Positions 8,139 to 19,297 of a DNA stretch of 32,000 nucleotides are shown piece by piece (the first letter of the stretch is position 1; each line of letters opens with the position of its first letter). The stretch is from Candidatus Odyssella acanthamoebae. GTDB lineage: Bacteria; Pseudomonadota; Alphaproteobacteria; Paracaedibacterales; Paracaedibacteraceae. The notes under the pieces were generated by a model. That model saw nothing but the letters and a program-made list of their open reading frames with translations, was not told the DNA's origin and made no database searches. The stretch lies in the NCBI RefSeq assembly GCF_000742835.1, contig NZ_CP008941.1, positions 1,757,690-1,789,689 on the forward strand, in the 5' to 3' direction. Position numbers and translations under genes: made by a program.

Positions 8139-8798
8139 CTATATTATAAAACCCGCCTGAGTCAGACAACTTTTTAAATCATTATTTACTGACACAGGAT
8201 CTTTTGATGCATCAAGATCTTTCACTAAACCTTTTTGCCTATAATAATCACAAACGGCCTGGGTTTGATCTAAATACGTTCTTACCCTATTCTTAAGAAC
8301 ATCCGGCTGATCATCAGTGCGGCGAACAAATTCTAAACCACCACAACGATCACACGCGCCATCCTTAAGCGGACGCTTATTTGTGTCGTGATAAACTGCA
8401 CCACATTCCTTGCAGGAATATCGCCCAGAGATACGCTCAATCAATTGACTGAGATCCACATTTAGATTGACAACAAGACCAACATTTTCTCTTTTTACAC
8501 TAAGAAGGGTATTAAATGCAAGCACTTGATTCATTGTTCTGGGAAAACCATCACAAATAATTTGCTCACCTTCATGTAGATCAAGTTGTTTCTCAATTAA
8601 ACTCATGATAATATCATCGCTCGGAAATTCTCCGTGCGACATAATATCCTTTACAATGCCCCCAATTTCAGTACCTTCTGCAACTTCATTACGCAGAAGA
8701 TCACCTGTAGAAATATGAACAAAATGCCCACTATTCCGAAGCAAATCTGATTGAGTTCCTTTTCCCGACCCTGGCGGCCCAAATAAAACCAGTATCAT
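8139..8798 (-). CDS. adk: Adenylate kinase with tetracysteine LID domain
   Basis: LFGPPGSGKGTQS, CDGFPRT, and a Cys4 LID (CKEC...CDRC). Confidence 0.96.
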   Translation of the reverse strand: MILVLFGPPGSGKGTQSDLLRNSGHFVHISTGDLLRNEVAEGTEIGGIVKDIMSHGEFPSDDIIMSLIEKQLDLHEGEQIICDGFPRTMNQVLAFNTLLSVKRENVGLVVNLNVDLSQLIERISGRYSCKECGAVYHDTNKRPLKDGACDRCGGLEFVRRTDDQPDVLKNRVRTYLDQTQAVCDYYRQKGLVKDLDASKDPVSVNNDLKSCLTQAGFII

Positions 8799-10144
8799 TA
8801 TAGCTTACCTTTAAGTTTAGCTTTCTTAATAAGCCCTTCATATTGGTGAGCAACCAAGTGGGATTGCATTTGACTAATTGTGTCGATAGTTACACTCACA
8901 ACGATTAAGATACTCGTTCCTCCAAAATAAAACGGTAATGCTACTTTAGATAAAACAAGTTCAGGCAATAAACAAATTGATGCTAAATACAATGCCCCAA
9001 TAACTGTCAACCGTGTCAAAATGTAATCGATATAATCAGCAGTCGCTTTACCAGGTCGGATGCCTGGAATAAAACTTCCCATCTTTCTTAAGTTTTCAGC
9101 AGTCTCAGTTGGGTTGAAAACAATTGCTGTATAAAAGAAAGCAAAGAAAATAATTAAAGCAGTCGAACATAGCATATAAAGTGGCTTACCGTGCGCCATG
9201 TATGTGGAAATCATTCCCATGATTGAATCCGGATCCATTGTCCCCGAAAAACCAGCAATAGTTGCCGGGAACAGCAATAAAGAGTTCGCAAAAATAGGAG
9301 GAATAACGCCAGAGCTATTCAACTTCAATGGCAAATGGCTTGTTTGTGCAGTAGCAGGTCGATCGGCAGCTACTTGTCGTTTAGGATACTGGATTAGGAT
9401 CCGACGCTGAGCCTTTTCCATAAAGACCACATAAGCGATAACAGCAGCAACCATTGCCAAAATCAAGAAAAGAACCCAAGTCTTGATTGCTCCTTGTTCT
9501 GCTGCCACAAAGGTTTTGTAAAAAGACTGAGGAAGGTTAGCAACAATACCTGAATAAATAATAAGGGATGTCCCATTTCCTAATCCACGACTTGTGATCT
9601 GTTCCCCCAACCACATGATAAATAAGGTACCACCAGTGAGTGTAACAATAGTCGAAAACTTGAACAAAAAACCTGGATTCAAGACAGCAGATCCTACACC
9701 AACGGTCATCTTCTCTAAGCCAACAGCAATACCAAATGCTTGAATTGATGCCAGCAAAACAGTACCATATCGTGTATATTGGTTTAATTTTTTGCGACCA
9801 GACTCCCCTTCCTTTTTCAGGGCTTCCAAGTGAGGCGAGACTGACGTCATGAGCTGAACAATAATGCTCGCAGATATATAGGGCATGATGTTCAGTGCAA
9901 ATATGGTCATACGGCTGATTGCGCCGCCTGAGAACATATCTAAAATTCCAAAAATGCCACCAGAGTTCGCAGCTGCAAACTCTTGGATAACAGTTGGGTT
10001 AATTCCTGGTAAAGGAATATAGGTACCAAATCGATAAACGATCAGTGCTAACAATGTAAAATAAATTCGCTTTTTTAGATCGTCTGCTTTAGAAAAAGTA
10101 GATAAACTAAAACCTGAAGCGAGTTGTTCAACAGCTGATGACAT
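8798..10144 (-). CDS. secY: Preprotein translocase subunit SecY
   Basis: YRFGTYIPLPGINP, ALNIMPYISASIIVQLM and GIRPGKATADYIDYILTRLT. Confidence 0.98.
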   Translation of the reverse strand: MSSAVEQLASGFSLSTFSKADDLKKRIYFTLLALIVYRFGTYIPLPGINPTVIQEFAAANSGGIFGILDMFSGGAISRMTIFALNIMPYISASIIVQLMTSVSPHLEALKKEGESGRKKLNQYTRYGTVLLASIQAFGIAVGLEKMTVGVGSAVLNPGFLFKFSTIVTLTGGTLFIMWLGEQITSRGLGNGTSLIIYSGIVANLPQSFYKTFVAAEQGAIKTWVLFLILAMVAAVIAYVVFMEKAQRRILIQYPKRQVAADRPATAQTSHLPLKLNSSGVIPPIFANSLLLFPATIAGFSGTMDPDSIMGMISTYMAHGKPLYMLCSTALIIFFAFFYTAIVFNPTETAENLRKMGSFIPGIRPGKATADYIDYILTRLTVIGALYLASICLLPELVLSKVALPFYFGGTSILIVVSVTIDTISQMQSHLVAHQYEGLIKKAKLKGKL

Positions 10145-10163
10145 TTGGTACCTTACCCCTTAA

Positions 10164-10625
10164 TTATGCAATTACAATCTTACCACCAAGTTTTTCAACT
10201 TGCGCAGATGCATTTTTTGTCGTCCGAGTCACTTCGAAAGAAACCTTCTCTTTAAGTATGCCTGTCGAAACTAATGAAACAGCATCATACCACTTCTTCA
10301 TGACCCCAGCTTGAATCAAAAAGTTGCGATCTACTGTATCACCAGCCTTAACCAATCCATTTGCCAATAAGACATTTACTTTATCGAAAGTTAATTCAAA
10401 ATACTTTGATGCATGAATATTGTTAAACCCACGCTTTGGCAGACGACGGTAGATAGGGTTTTGACCACCTTCAAATCCATTAATCGCCACACCTGACCGT
10501 GCTGTTTGACCTTTACCACCGCGACCACAAGTCTTACCTAGTCCGGAACCAATCCCTCGACCAACAATCCTGCGACGAGTGCGAGCACCTTTATTGTCTC
10601 TAATATCAATTAATCTAATAGTCAT
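10164..10625 (-). CDS. rplO: 50S ribosomal protein L15
   Basis: RRIVGRGIGSGLGKTCGRGGKGQTAR and FEGGQNPIYRRLPKRGF. Confidence 0.97.
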   Translation of the reverse strand: MTIRLIDIRDNKGARTRRRIVGRGIGSGLGKTCGRGGKGQTARSGVAINGFEGGQNPIYRRLPKRGFNNIHASKYFELTFDKVNVLLANGLVKAGDTVDRNFLIQAGVMKKWYDAVSLVSTGILKEKVSFEVTRTTKNASAQVEKLGGKIVIA

Positions 10626-10636
10626 TGCTCTAAACC

Positions 10637-10837
10637 TTACTCTACGACTGTAACCATATGTTGCAGACGCGTAATCAACCCACGAACTGCTGGTGTATCT
10701 TGAAGTTCCCGAACGCGGTTAATTTTTCCGAGTCCGAGTGATTTCAAGTACAATCTCTGGATGCCATCACGGCGAATTGGACTACCAATTTGCTTAACTT
10801 TAATAGTACCAGCTGTTTCTTTTTTCTTACCAGCCAT
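10637..10837 (-). CDS. rpmD: 50S ribosomal protein L30
   Basis: TIKVKQIGSPIRRDGIQRLYLKSLGLGKINRVRELQDTPAVRGLI. Confidence 0.96.
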   Translation of the reverse strand: MAGKKKETAGTIKVKQIGSPIRRDGIQRLYLKSLGLGKINRVRELQDTPAVRGLITRLQHMVTVVE

Positions 10838-10839
10838 TA

Positions 10840-11385
10840 TTATCTCCTTGCCATGGACGCATCGCGACGAGCGACGATCTCAGGAATTTTACGACCGAGC
10901 TTTGTAGCCACATCACGCGGTGAAGAGACATTAACCAAAGCATCAAATGTCGCACGAACAACGTTGTAGTAGTTAGAGGTGCCAACAGACTTGCTGACAA
11001 CGTCTTGAATACCAACGGATTCAAAAACTGCGCGCATTGGCCCACCAGCAATGATACCTGTACCAGCAGGTGCTGCACGAAGGTAAACACGACCTGCTCC
11101 GAAGTGTCCCGTCAAATCATGATGAATTGTACGGCCTTCACGTAAGGGGACGCGAATCATGGAGCGACGAGCTTGTTCAGAGGCTTTCCGAACTGCGTCT
11201 GGAACTTCTCTGGCTTTACCAGAGCCAAATCCAACGCGTCCTTTACCATCACCAATAACGACAAGAGCTGTGAAGCGTAGGTTTTTACCACCTTTAACAA
11301 CTTTTGTAACCCGACGAACGCTAACGAGCTTTTCAATAAATTCAACTTCTTCGCGCTGTTTTTCTGTATTTGTATTTTTAGCCAT
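10840..11385 (-). CDS. rpsE: 30S ribosomal protein S5
   Basis: [44 protein letters not shown]. Confidence 0.98.
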   Translation of the reverse strand: MAKNTNTEKQREEVEFIEKLVSVRRVTKVVKGGKNLRFTALVVIGDGKGRVGFGSGKAREVPDAVRKASEQARRSMIRVPLREGRTIHHDLTGHFGAGRVYLRAAPAGTGIIAGGPMRAVFESVGIQDVVSKSVGTSNYYNVVRATFDALVNVSSPRDVATKLGRKIPEIVARRDASMARR

Positions 11386-11394
11386 GACCCTACC

Positions 11395-11754
11395 CTAAAA
11401 GCTCAAACCAGATTCGCGAGCCGCATCGGCAATTGCCTTAATACGACCATGGAATTTATAGCCTGAGCGATCAAAAACCACTTCTTTAATTCCTGCTTTC
11501 GTTGCGCGTTCGGCAATCAGCTTTCCAACTAATTTAGCTGCCTCAACATTCGAACTGCTCTTAAGATCTGCTTTTGCTGCAGACTCAAGAGTAGAGGCTG
11601 ATGCCACAGTAACGGACTTAACGTCATCAATTACTTGAACGTACAAATATTTATTTGTGCGATGCACTGTAAGTCTTGGTTTTCCAGAACTTACCTTACG
11701 CAATTTAGAACGAATACGTTCTTTGCGTCGCGTATGTAGATCTACTTTAGCCAT
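11395..11754 (-). CDS. rplR: 50S ribosomal protein L18
   Basis: [18 protein letters not shown] and [25 protein letters not shown]. Confidence 0.97.
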   Translation of the reverse strand: MAKVDLHTRRKERIRSKLRKVSSGKPRLTVHRTNKYLYVQVIDDVKSVTVASASTLESAAKADLKSSSNVEAAKLVGKLIAERATKAGIKEVVFDRSGYKFHGRIKAIADAARESGLSF

Positions 11755-11756
11755 TG

Positions 11757-12290
11757 CTACTTCTTCTTACCTTCTTTTCTAAGAACAAATTCGCCATTCC
11801 GAATAATACCTTTACCTTTATAAGGCTCTGGTCGCCGGTAGGCGCGAATTTCTGCTGCAACCTGCCCTACTAACTGACGATCGAAACCGCTAATCGTTAG
11901 GGATGTTGGCTTGTCAGACTTTGCAGTAATCCCTGCAGGCAGATCATAAACTATGTCATGACTAAAACCTAATTGCAAGTTAACTTTATTCCCCTGAACG
12001 TTTGCACGATATCCAACGCCGATTAATTCTAGATTAACGTCAACGCCATTTGTTACATCACTAACCATGTTAGCAACGCGGCGTTGAACTGTCCCCCAGT
12101 TAATACGAGCTGTTTTTGAGTCGTTCGCAGGTTGAACCTGAACAACACCATCTTGATTCGTTACTGTAACCACATCAAGATATTTCATAGAAAGCTTACC
12201 AAGCTTGCCGGATACCTCTACTGTATTATTGGCAATAGCTACGTTTACTCCTGCGGGCAATTTAATTGGTGTTTTACCTACACGTGACAT
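11757..12290 (-). CDS. rplF: 50S ribosomal protein L6
   Basis: [15 protein letters not shown] and [13 protein letters not shown]. Confidence 0.98.
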   Translation of the reverse strand: MSRVGKTPIKLPAGVNVAIANNTVEVSGKLGKLSMKYLDVVTVTNQDGVVQVQPANDSKTARINWGTVQRRVANMVSDVTNGVDVNLELIGVGYRANVQGNKVNLQLGFSHDIVYDLPAGITAKSDKPTSLTISGFDRQLVGQVAAEIRAYRRPEPYKGKGIIRNGEFVLRKEGKKK

Positions 12291-12303
12291 TGATGGCTAC
12301 TCC

Positions 12304-12702
12304 TTAATAAACTTTGCAAAGAACTTCGCCGCCGATGCCTTGCTCTTTTGCTTCAACATCGGTCATAACACCTTTGGGAGTTGAAACAATATAAATACCA
12401 AGACCGCTCATGAAAGCACCCAAATCCTTAGATGGAGAGTAAACTCTCAATCCTGGTTTAGAAACTCGCTGAATAATCTCGATAACGGGCAAGCCGTCGT
12501 GATACTTAAGCTCTATATCTATATTTTCGATACCAGCACGAACTTGTTCTGTACTGTAGCCACGAATGTAGCCTTCTTTTTGAAGGACATCCAAAACTGC
12601 TCTTCTTGCTTTTGAATTAGGAGACTTAACAGATGATTTACCTGCTCGTTGACCATTGCGGATGCGAGTCAACATATCTCCAATTGGATCATTTACAATC
12701 AT
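12304..12702 (-). CDS. rpsH: 30S ribosomal protein S8
   Basis: NDPIGDMLTRIRNGQ and GIYIVSTPKGVMTDVEA. Confidence 0.97.
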   Translation of the reverse strand: MIVNDPIGDMLTRIRNGQRAGKSSVKSPNSKARRAVLDVLQKEGYIRGYSTEQVRAGIENIDIELKYHDGLPVIEIIQRVSKPGLRVYSPSKDLGAFMSGLGIYIVSTPKGVMTDVEAKEQGIGGEVLCKVY

Positions 12703-12706
12703 AATA

Positions 12707-13012
12707 TTACCAACTTGACTTAGTTAAACCTGGAATTAACCCAAGAGAACCCAACTCACGAAGGGCAATTCTTGACATTCTAAACTTGCGATAAAAAGCT
12801 CTCGGACGACCTGTAACTTCACAACGATTGCGGAAGCGGATCTTGGAGCTATTGCGGGGCAATTCAGATAACTTTATTGTTGCTTGAATTCTCTCATCCA
12901 AAGAAACTTCCTTATTGGAAATAATTTCCTTTAGTTTCTCACGGCGAGCTGCAAACTTTTGCGCCATCTTCTGACGGCGGTTGTTTGTATTTATTGAACT
13001 TAAACGTGCCAT
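12707..13012 (-). CDS. rpsN: 30S ribosomal protein S14
   Basis: RNRCEVTGRPRAFYRKFRMSRIALRELGSLGLIPGLTKSSW. Confidence 0.97.
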   Translation of the reverse strand: MARLSSINTNNRRQKMAQKFAARREKLKEIISNKEVSLDERIQATIKLSELPRNSSKIRFRNRCEVTGRPRAFYRKFRMSRIALRELGSLGLIPGLTKSSW

Positions 13013-13023
13013 TGTTTCTACCC

Positions 13024-13572
13024 TTAGTTATAGAACGGGACATTAAGCTCTTTCAATAGAGCCTTTGCCTCTTTGTCTGTCTTAGCTGTTGTACAAACAA
13101 TTATATCCATACCACGAACTTTATCAACCTTATCATAGTTAATTTCAGGAAAAATAATTTGTTCTTTGACACCCAAGGCATAGTTACCTTTTCCATCAAA
13201 GCTTTTCCCAGAGACACCGCGGAAGTCCCGGACCCGGGGAAGAGCAATTGTAACCAATCGATCAAAGAACTCATACATTCTATCACGACGCAAAGTCACC
13301 TTTGCTCCAATAGCCATTCCTTCACGAAGTTTGAAGCCAGCTATTGATTTCTTAGCCCGAGTAATAACAGGCTTTTGACCTGTAATTGCTGTCAATTCAT
13401 CAACTGCCGCTTGAAGTTTTTTACTATCTTGAGCTGCTTCGCCGATACACATATTGACGACGATCTTTTCAAGCTTTGGAACTTGGTGAAGATTTTTGTA
13501 ATCAAAGTCTTTCATCAGCTTTGATACAATTTTATCTTTATATTCTTTATAAAGGCGTGTCATAACTGCCAT
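13024..13572 (-). CDS. rplE: 50S ribosomal protein L5
   Basis: [15 protein letters not shown] and [16 protein letters not shown]. Confidence 0.98.
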   Translation of the reverse strand: MAVMTRLYKEYKDKIVSKLMKDFDYKNLHQVPKLEKIVVNMCIGEAAQDSKKLQAAVDELTAITGQKPVITRAKKSIAGFKLREGMAIGAKVTLRRDRMYEFFDRLVTIALPRVRDFRGVSGKSFDGKGNYALGVKEQIIFPEINYDKVDKVRGMDIIVCTTAKTDKEAKALLKELNVPFYN

Positions 13573-13576
13573 TACC

Positions 13577-13897
13577 TCATATTATTTCGCCGCTTTTTTT
13601 AGCAAAGCGAACTTTTGAACCATCCTTCTGAATCTTAAAACCAACCTTAGACGGTTGTTCTGTTTTAGGATCTAGCAATGCGACATTGGAAACATGGATT
13701 TTAGATTCCTTTTGTTCGATTCCCCCTGCACTGTATTGAGTTGGCTTAACATGTTTTTTAACAACATTTACCCCTTCAACAATAAGAGCAGAATCTTCCT
13801 TGAGAACCTTTAATACAGTTCCAATTTTTCCCTTATCCCGACCTGTACGAACGATAACTTTATCGCCCTTTTTAACTTTTAATTTTACTGCAGTCAT
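13577..13897 (-). CDS. rplX: 50S ribosomal protein L24
   Basis: [26 protein letters not shown]; KOW motif. Confidence 0.97.
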   Translation of the reverse strand: MTAVKLKVKKGDKVIVRTGRDKGKIGTVLKVLKEDSALIVEGVNVVKKHVKPTQYSAGGIEQKESKIHVSNVALLDPKTEQPSKVGFKIQKDGSKVRFAKKSGEII

Positions 13898-14265
13898 TAG
13901 AGCACCTCTGGCGCCAAGGAAATAATTTTCATATATCCCTGGTTTCTTAATTCACGTGTTACTGGGCCAAAAATACGTGTTCCGATCGGCTCATTCTGTT
14001 TATTAATGAGCACTGCAGCGTTTGTATCAAAACTAATTTCGCTACCGTCAGCACGCTTAATACACTGTTTTGTACGAACAATAACAGCTTTATGGACATC
14101 ACCCTTTTTCACTTTACCTTTAGGCAAAGCGTCTTTGATGGAAACGACAATAATGTCACCCACAGACGCATAGCGTCTTTTTGAGCCTCCAAGAACTTTA
14201 ATGCATTGAACTTGCTTTGCACCAGAGTTATCAGCTACTTCCAATCTTGTTTCAGTTTGAATCAT
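13897..14265 (-). CDS. rplN: 50S ribosomal protein L14
   Basis: [44 protein letters not shown]. Confidence 0.98.
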   Translation of the reverse strand: MIQTETRLEVADNSGAKQVQCIKVLGGSKRRYASVGDIIVVSIKDALPKGKVKKGDVHKAVIVRTKQCIKRADGSEISFDTNAAVLINKQNEPIGTRIFGPVTRELRNQGYMKIISLAPEVL

Positions 14266-14275
14266 TGCCTACTCC

Positions 14276-14521
14276 TTATGCACTAGCTTGATCAGTGTAA
14301 AGAACTTGCCATCTTTTTGATTTTGAGAATGGACGACTTTCTTCGATCCGAATCTTATCACCAATCTTATAGATGTTCTTTTCATCATGGGCCGCATACT
14401 TTGCTGATCGCATAATATACTTTTTATATACTGGATGTTTTACTCGCTTTTCAACCCGAACAACAACAGTCTTATCATTCGCATCGCTTACAACAACACC
14501 TTCGAAAATTCTACGTGGCAT
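14276..14521 (-). CDS. rpsQ: 30S ribosomal protein S17
   Basis: [31 protein letters not shown]. Confidence 0.97.
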   Translation of the reverse strand: MPRRIFEGVVVSDANDKTVVVRVEKRVKHPVYKKYIMRSAKYAAHDEKNIYKIGDKIRIEESRPFSKSKRWQVLYTDQASA

Positions 14522-14529
14522 TTTTACCT

Positions 14530-14721
14530 CTACTTCACTTTTTTCTGAGCAAGGTGCATCATAATACGAGCAACGTCCCGACGATTCTTTCTAATAACAG
14601 AAGAATTCGTCAACTGACCCATACTCTTTTGGATGCGGAGACCTAGAAGCTCTTTTTTAGTTGACTGAAGTGAATCATACAATTCACTTACTGATTTATT
14701 ATTAAAATCTTGTTTTTTCAT
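14530..14721 (-). CDS. rpmC: 50S ribosomal protein L29
   Basis: Position between rpsQ and rplP, and [44 protein letters not shown]. Confidence 0.93.
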   Translation of the reverse strand: MKKQDFNNKSVSELYDSLQSTKKELLGLRIQKSMGQLTNSSVIRKNRRDVARIMMHLAQKKVK

Positions 14722-14729
14722 GATATACC

Positions 14730-15140
14730 TCAGCCAATTCTTCTAACAAAACGTGTTGCAATTGGTAATTTCGCAGAAGCGAGCTCAAAAGCCTTTTCAG
14801 CCACTTCGGGCAAGACTCCATCAAGTTCAAACAAAATTTTTCCAGGCTTCACGCGGCAAACCCAGTATTCAGGACTTCCTTTACCACTACCCATACGGAC
14901 TTCGGCAGGCTTTGTTGAAACTGGAACATCAGGAAATACACGGATCCATACTTTACCAACACGACGGATGTGACGTGTGATTGCACGACGTGCAGACTCA
15001 ATTTGACGGGCAGTCATACGGCAAGGCTCCATAGCCTTTAATCCATATGATCCGTAAGCTACATCTGTTCCTGCCTTGGCGTTTCCATGGATTCTTCCTT
15101 TAAACGCCTTACGATATTTAGTTCTTTTTGGAGACAACAT
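14730..15140 (-). CDS. rplP: 50S ribosomal protein L16
   Basis: [24 protein letters not shown] and [25 protein letters not shown]. Confidence 0.98.
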   Translation of the reverse strand: MLSPKRTKYRKAFKGRIHGNAKAGTDVAYGSYGLKAMEPCRMTARQIESARRAITRHIRRVGKVWIRVFPDVPVSTKPAEVRMGSGKGSPEYWVCRVKPGKILFELDGVLPEVAEKAFELASAKLPIATRFVRRIG

Positions 15141-15166
15141 CTCACTATTCCTCTATCTATTATATC

Positions 15167-15844
15167 TTATCGACCAGCAGGAGCTTCAGAAGCTTTTGCT
15201 TCTAACAAGTATGGATTCTTTTCCAGAATCTCGCCCTTGTAGACCCAAACTTTAATACCAATGATACCATAAGTTGTTTTGGCTTCTCTCAATGCATAAT
15301 CCACATCAGAGCGAAGAGTATGCAACGGCACCCGACCTTCACGATACCATTCCATACGAGCAATTTCTGCACCACCTAGGCGGCCGGAACAATTAACTCG
15401 AATCCCCTGGGCTCCCAATCGAAGAGCAGACTGCATTGCACGCTTCATAGCACGACGGAATGAAACACGACGTTCAATTTGTTGAGCAATATTCTCAGCA
15501 ATCAACTTAGCGTCGATTTCTGGTTTACGAACTTCAACCAAGTTAACAGTAACATCTGTGTTGGCGATATCACTTAGCTTCTTCCGAAGCTTATCAATAT
15601 CAGCCCCCTTTTTTCCAATTAATACCCCTGGACGGGCAGTATGAATTGTCAAACGCGCTTTTTTGGCGAGTCGTTCGATAACGACTTTTGCGATTCCGGC
15701 TTGGGCCAAATTTTTCTGAATAAATTGGCGAATTTCCAAATCTTGGTGCAAGTTTGTTGCATAATCTTTTTTGGCAAACCAACGGGAATCCCAAAGTTTA
15801 TTGATTCCAAGGCGCAAGCCAATTGGATTTACTTTTTGTCCCAT
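15167..15844 (-). CDS. rpsC: 30S ribosomal protein S3
   Basis: [23 protein letters not shown]; KH domain [18 protein letters not shown]. Confidence 0.98.
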   Translation of the reverse strand: MGQKVNPIGLRLGINKLWDSRWFAKKDYATNLHQDLEIRQFIQKNLAQAGIAKVVIERLAKKARLTIHTARPGVLIGKKGADIDKLRKKLSDIANTDVTVNLVEVRKPEIDAKLIAENIAQQIERRVSFRRAMKRAMQSALRLGAQGIRVNCSGRLGGAEIARMEWYREGRVPLHTLRSDVDYALREAKTTYGIIGIKVWVYKGEILEKNPYLLEAKASEAPAGR

Positions 15845-15846
15845 GA

Positions 15847-16194
15847 TTAAACCTCTTTCTCGGATACTTTAATTGTCAGATGGCTAAATGGCTTTTTGAT
15901 ACCAACGCCACGCCCTTTTGCTCGGGGGCTAAATCTTTTCAAAACGATGGATTGACCAACGCTTGCTTCGGTGACAACCAGTGTATCGATATCCAAACCA
16001 TGGTTTGTCTCAGCGTTAGCAATTGCTGACGCCAAAGTTTTACGTACATCAATGGCTATTCTTTTTGGACTGAATGCTAAAACATCCAAAGCCTTAGCGA
16101 CTTTCATTCCACGAATCATAGCTGCGACTAAATTTAGCTTGCGAGGACTTACACGGACATTACGCAAGATTGCTTTTGCTGTATTCTGTTCCAT
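15847..16194 (-). CDS. rplV: 50S ribosomal protein L22
   Basis: [19 protein letters not shown] and [25 protein letters not shown]. Confidence 0.97.
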   Translation of the reverse strand: MEQNTAKAILRNVRVSPRKLNLVAAMIRGMKVAKALDVLAFSPKRIAIDVRKTLASAIANAETNHGLDIDTLVVTEASVGQSIVLKRFSPRAKGRGVGIKKPFSHLTIKVSEKEV

Positions 16195-16199
16195 GATAA

Positions 16200-16478
16200 T
16201 TAACCTCTTTTAGCTTTCTTGTCAGCGCCGTGGCCATAGAATGTGCGTGTCGGTGAAAATTCACCAAACTTATGACCAACCATGTTCTCTGTAACATAGA
16301 CAGGAACAAATTTCTTTCCATTGTGCACACCAAAAGTGAGCCCCACAAATTGTGGGAGAATGGTAGAACGGCGAGACCACGTTTTAATAACGTCTTTACG
16401 TCCAGAGTTTTGAACAGCTTCAGCTTTCTTAAGCAAGTAACCGTCAAAAAATGGACCCTTCCAAACTGATCTTGGCAC
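16200..16478 (-). CDS. rpsS: 30S ribosomal protein S19
   Basis: [20 protein letters not shown] and [41 protein letters not shown]. Confidence 0.98.
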   Translation of the reverse strand: MPRSVWKGPFFDGYLLKKAEAVQNSGRKDVIKTWSRRSTILPQFVGLTFGVHNGKKFVPVYVTENMVGHKFGEFSPTRTFYGHGADKKAKRG

Positions 16479-16490
16479 GAGTAGTCTCCG

Positions 16491-17306
16491 TTATTTACTT
16501 CTTTTTCTAATAATACTTTTCGTCGTACGCTTATTGGTACGAGTCTTTTTACCTTTTGTCGCAATACCCCAAGGCGTAACAGGGTGACGACCACCATTTG
16601 TACGACCACCATGCGGGTGATCCACAGGGTTCATAGCAATACCACGAACACATGGTCTCCATCCCAACCAACGGCTGCGACCTGCTTTACCATAGTTACG
16701 ATTCTGGTGATCTGCATTTGACACTGCCCCTATTGTAGCATAACAATTGCCATTTACAAGTCTTACTTCACCGGACGACAATTTTACAATTGTATTAGAT
16801 CCATCACGACCAGCAATCTGAACGTACGATCCAGCTGAACGAGCAATTTGTCCGCCTTTACCAATTTTGAGTTCCAAGTTATGAATAATAGTTCCAACTG
16901 GAATATTTTTCACAGGCATCGCGTTACCTGGCTTTACGTCTGCACTTTGGCTTGCAATAACCTTGTCACCGGCTTTAAGGCGTTGAGGTGCAAGAATATA
17001 GGCATGTTCACCATCTGTATACTTTATCAGAGCGATGAAAGCTGTACGATTGGGATCGTATTCTAACCGTAGAACTTCACCTTCTATGTCAAGCTTACGG
17101 CGTTTAAAATCAACAATACGATAGCGTTGTTTGTGACCACCACCGCGATTCCATGATGTAATACGTCCATGGTTATTACGGCCACCTGTACGCTTTTGAC
17201 CTTCTGTCAATGCCTTAAACGGCTTACCGGCCCAAAGCTCAGAACGATCAACATTCACAAGCTGGCGTTGGGACGGAGTCGTCGGTTTATATGTCTTTAG
17301 AGCCAT
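16491..17306 (-). CDS. rplB: 50S ribosomal protein L2
   Basis: [22 protein letters not shown] and [16 protein letters not shown]. Confidence 0.98.
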   Translation of the reverse strand: MALKTYKPTTPSQRQLVNVDRSELWAGKPFKALTEGQKRTGGRNNHGRITSWNRGGGHKQRYRIVDFKRRKLDIEGEVLRLEYDPNRTAFIALIKYTDGEHAYILAPQRLKAGDKVIASQSADVKPGNAMPVKNIPVGTIIHNLELKIGKGGQIARSAGSYVQIAGRDGSNTIVKLSSGEVRLVNGNCYATIGAVSNADHQNRNYGKAGRSRWLGWRPCVRGIAMNPVDHPHGGRTNGGRHPVTPWGIATKGKKTRTNKRTTKSIIRKRSK

Positions 17307-17310
17307 TATC

Positions 17311-17619
17311 TTATACTCCTGATGCCATATCTATGGTCTGACCTTTAGTCAACGTTATAAATGCTTTTTTCACATCTGAACGTTGTCCTTCACGACCACG
17401 AAAACGCTTTGTCTTACCTTTTTGAACAACTGTGTTAACAGCCTCAACCTTTACGTCATAAACAAGTTCAACGGCTTGTTTAATCTGTGGCTTTGTAGAA
17501 TCACGAGAAACAACAAACGCTACTTGATTAACTTCAGAAAGACGTGTGGTTTTTTCTGTCACCAAAGGATAACGAATAACATCATATAGGTTGAAATTTA
17601 CTTTATTATTCTTTGTCAT
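17311..17619 (-). CDS. rplW: 50S ribosomal protein L23
   Basis: [16 protein letters not shown] and [22 protein letters not shown]. Confidence 0.97.
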   Translation of the reverse strand: MTKNNKVNFNLYDVIRYPLVTEKTTRLSEVNQVAFVVSRDSTKPQIKQAVELVYDVKVEAVNTVVQKGKTKRFRGREGQRSDVKKAFITLTKGQTIDMASGV

Positions 17620-18239
17620 TTCAGCCTCTCTTCAAGAGCCTTAACAGCGTCTTTCGTAACAATAAGTTTATCTTTACGCATAATGTCATAGACGTTTGCG
17701 CCGTTGTAAGGCAAAACATCAAACTTTTCTAAGTTAGCCGCAGCTTTTACAACTGGATTCTCAGAATTTGCAATTGCATCAATCAATAATGCGCTTGGAG
17801 ACTGCAAAGCACCGATAACTTTTAGTAAATCTTTTGTCTTGCCTGAATCCACTTTAAAGGAATCCACAACAATTAATTCACCAGCTTGCATTTTTGCAGA
17901 CAAAGCGATCTTCAACCCAAGCTTACGAACCTTCTTTGGGAGTGAATATGCATGCGAGCGAACAACCGGACCAAATACAACACAACCACCACGGAATTGA
18001 GCTTGACGTTTACTTCCGTGACGCGCATTACCTGTCCCTTTTTGGCGGTAGATCTTTTTCGTTGATCCTTTGACATCTCCGACTTCTTTGGTCTTATGGT
18101 TACCTGAACGACGCTTTGAAAGCTGCCATTCGATAACGCGGGAGAGAATATCAACACGTGGCTGAAGACCAAAAATTTCTGGGCTCAGCTCAATATTTCC
18201 GGCTTTTTTGGCCTCAATATTTACGACATCAATTTTCAT
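17616..18239 (-). CDS. rplD: 50S ribosomal protein L4
   Basis: [31 protein letters not shown]. The 4-bp overlap with rplW suggests translational coupling. Confidence 0.97.
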   Translation of the reverse strand: MKIDVVNIEAKKAGNIELSPEIFGLQPRVDILSRVIEWQLSKRRSGNHKTKEVGDVKGSTKKIYRQKGTGNARHGSKRQAQFRGGCVVFGPVVRSHAYSLPKKVRKLGLKIALSAKMQAGELIVVDSFKVDSGKTKDLLKVIGALQSPSALLIDAIANSENPVVKAAANLEKFDVLPYNGANVYDIMRKDKLIVTKDAVKALEERLK

Positions 18240-18271
18240 TTTTTAACCTATTCTTTTTTCTGGCAATACCG

Positions 18272-18913
18272 TTATGCAGGCTTCTTAATAGCGTCACGGA
18301 CATACACGATTCCACCTTGAGAACCAGGTACGCTACCACGAACAAAGATAAGGTTCTTTTCTGCATCTACACCATGAACGGTCAGGTTCATTTTAGTAAC
18401 TCGACGAGCGCCCATATGACCAGCCATCTTCTTATTTTTAAAGACCTTACCAGGATCTTGACGGTTACCCGTGGAACCATGGCTACGGTGACTTACGGAA
18501 ACACCGTGCGAAGCACGTAAACCACCAAAGTTATGGCGCTTCATTGCACCGGCAAAACCTTTACCGACGGATGTTCCAGTTACATCAATAAACTGTCCTT
18601 CTTTAAAATGATCAGCTTTAATTTCCAAACCTTGATCAAGAAGATTCTCAGAAGAAACTCTAAATTCTTTAATATGCGCACGTGGCTCAATTTCTTTTTT
18701 AGCAAAGAATTCGCGCATCGGTTTTGTTACATTATTTACTTTGGCTTTTTTAGAACCAATTTGGACGGCATCATAACCGTCTTTGGAATCAGCTGTTTTT
18801 TTGCCAACGACTATACAGTCGCTGACTTGGAGAACCGTGACTGGAACTAAAGTACCGTCAGCGGCAAAAAACTGCGTCATACCCACTTTTTCAGCGATAA
18901 GTCCAGTTCTCAT
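18272..18913 (-). CDS. rplC: 50S ribosomal protein L3
   Basis: [13 protein letters not shown] and [35 protein letters not shown]. Confidence 0.98.
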   Translation of the reverse strand: MRTGLIAEKVGMTQFFAADGTLVPVTVLQVSDCIVVGKKTADSKDGYDAVQIGSKKAKVNNVTKPMREFFAKKEIEPRAHIKEFRVSSENLLDQGLEIKADHFKEGQFIDVTGTSVGKGFAGAMKRHNFGGLRASHGVSVSHRSHGSTGNRQDPGKVFKNKKMAGHMGARRVTKMNLTVHGVDAEKNLIFVRGSVPGSQGGIVYVRDAIKKPA

Positions 18914-18927
18914 TTGTCAAACCTATA

Positions 18928-19236
18928 TTATAGTTTAATTTCAACATCAACACCCGCAGCCAGGTCTAGCTTCATCAAAGCATCAACTGTCTGTGGGAGC
19001 CAATCAACAATATCAATCAGACGCTTATGTGTTCTGATTTCAAATTGTTCACGTGACTTTTTGTCAATATGCGGAGAGCGGTTTACAGTAAAACGCTCGA
19101 TTTGTGTTGGCAAAGGAATAGGGCCTCGTACTTTAGCGCCTGTGCGCTTTGCTGTACCAACAATTTCCTTAACCGACATGTCTAAAAGTCTATGATCATA
19201 GGCTTTTAGACGAATTCTTATACTCTGGCCTTCCAT
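18928..19236 (-). CDS. rpsJ: 30S ribosomal protein S10
   Basis: [39 protein letters not shown]. Confidence 0.98.
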   Translation of the reverse strand: MEGQSIRIRLKAYDHRLLDMSVKEIVGTAKRTGAKVRGPIPLPTQIERFTVNRSPHIDKKSREQFEIRTHKRLIDIVDWLPQTVDALMKLDLAAGVDVEIKL

Positions 19237-19267
19237 ATTAAATAGCTCACTTTTCTTATGATTTCAA

Positions 19268-19285
19268 GGGGGAAATGCATCCCCC
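19268..19285 (-). other. GC-rich inverted repeat between tuf and rpsJ
   Basis: GGGGGA-AATGCA-TCCCCC: 6-bp stem, 6-nt loop, just downstream of the tuf stop. No strong T-tract. Confidence 0.5.
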
Positions 19286-19297
19286 ATCTATTAAAAC

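Noticed and set aside
10827-11090. Minus-strand ORF 10827-11090 overlapping rpmD/rpsE
   Set aside because: It lies almost entirely inside rpsE in another frame; its sequence has no recognisable motif.
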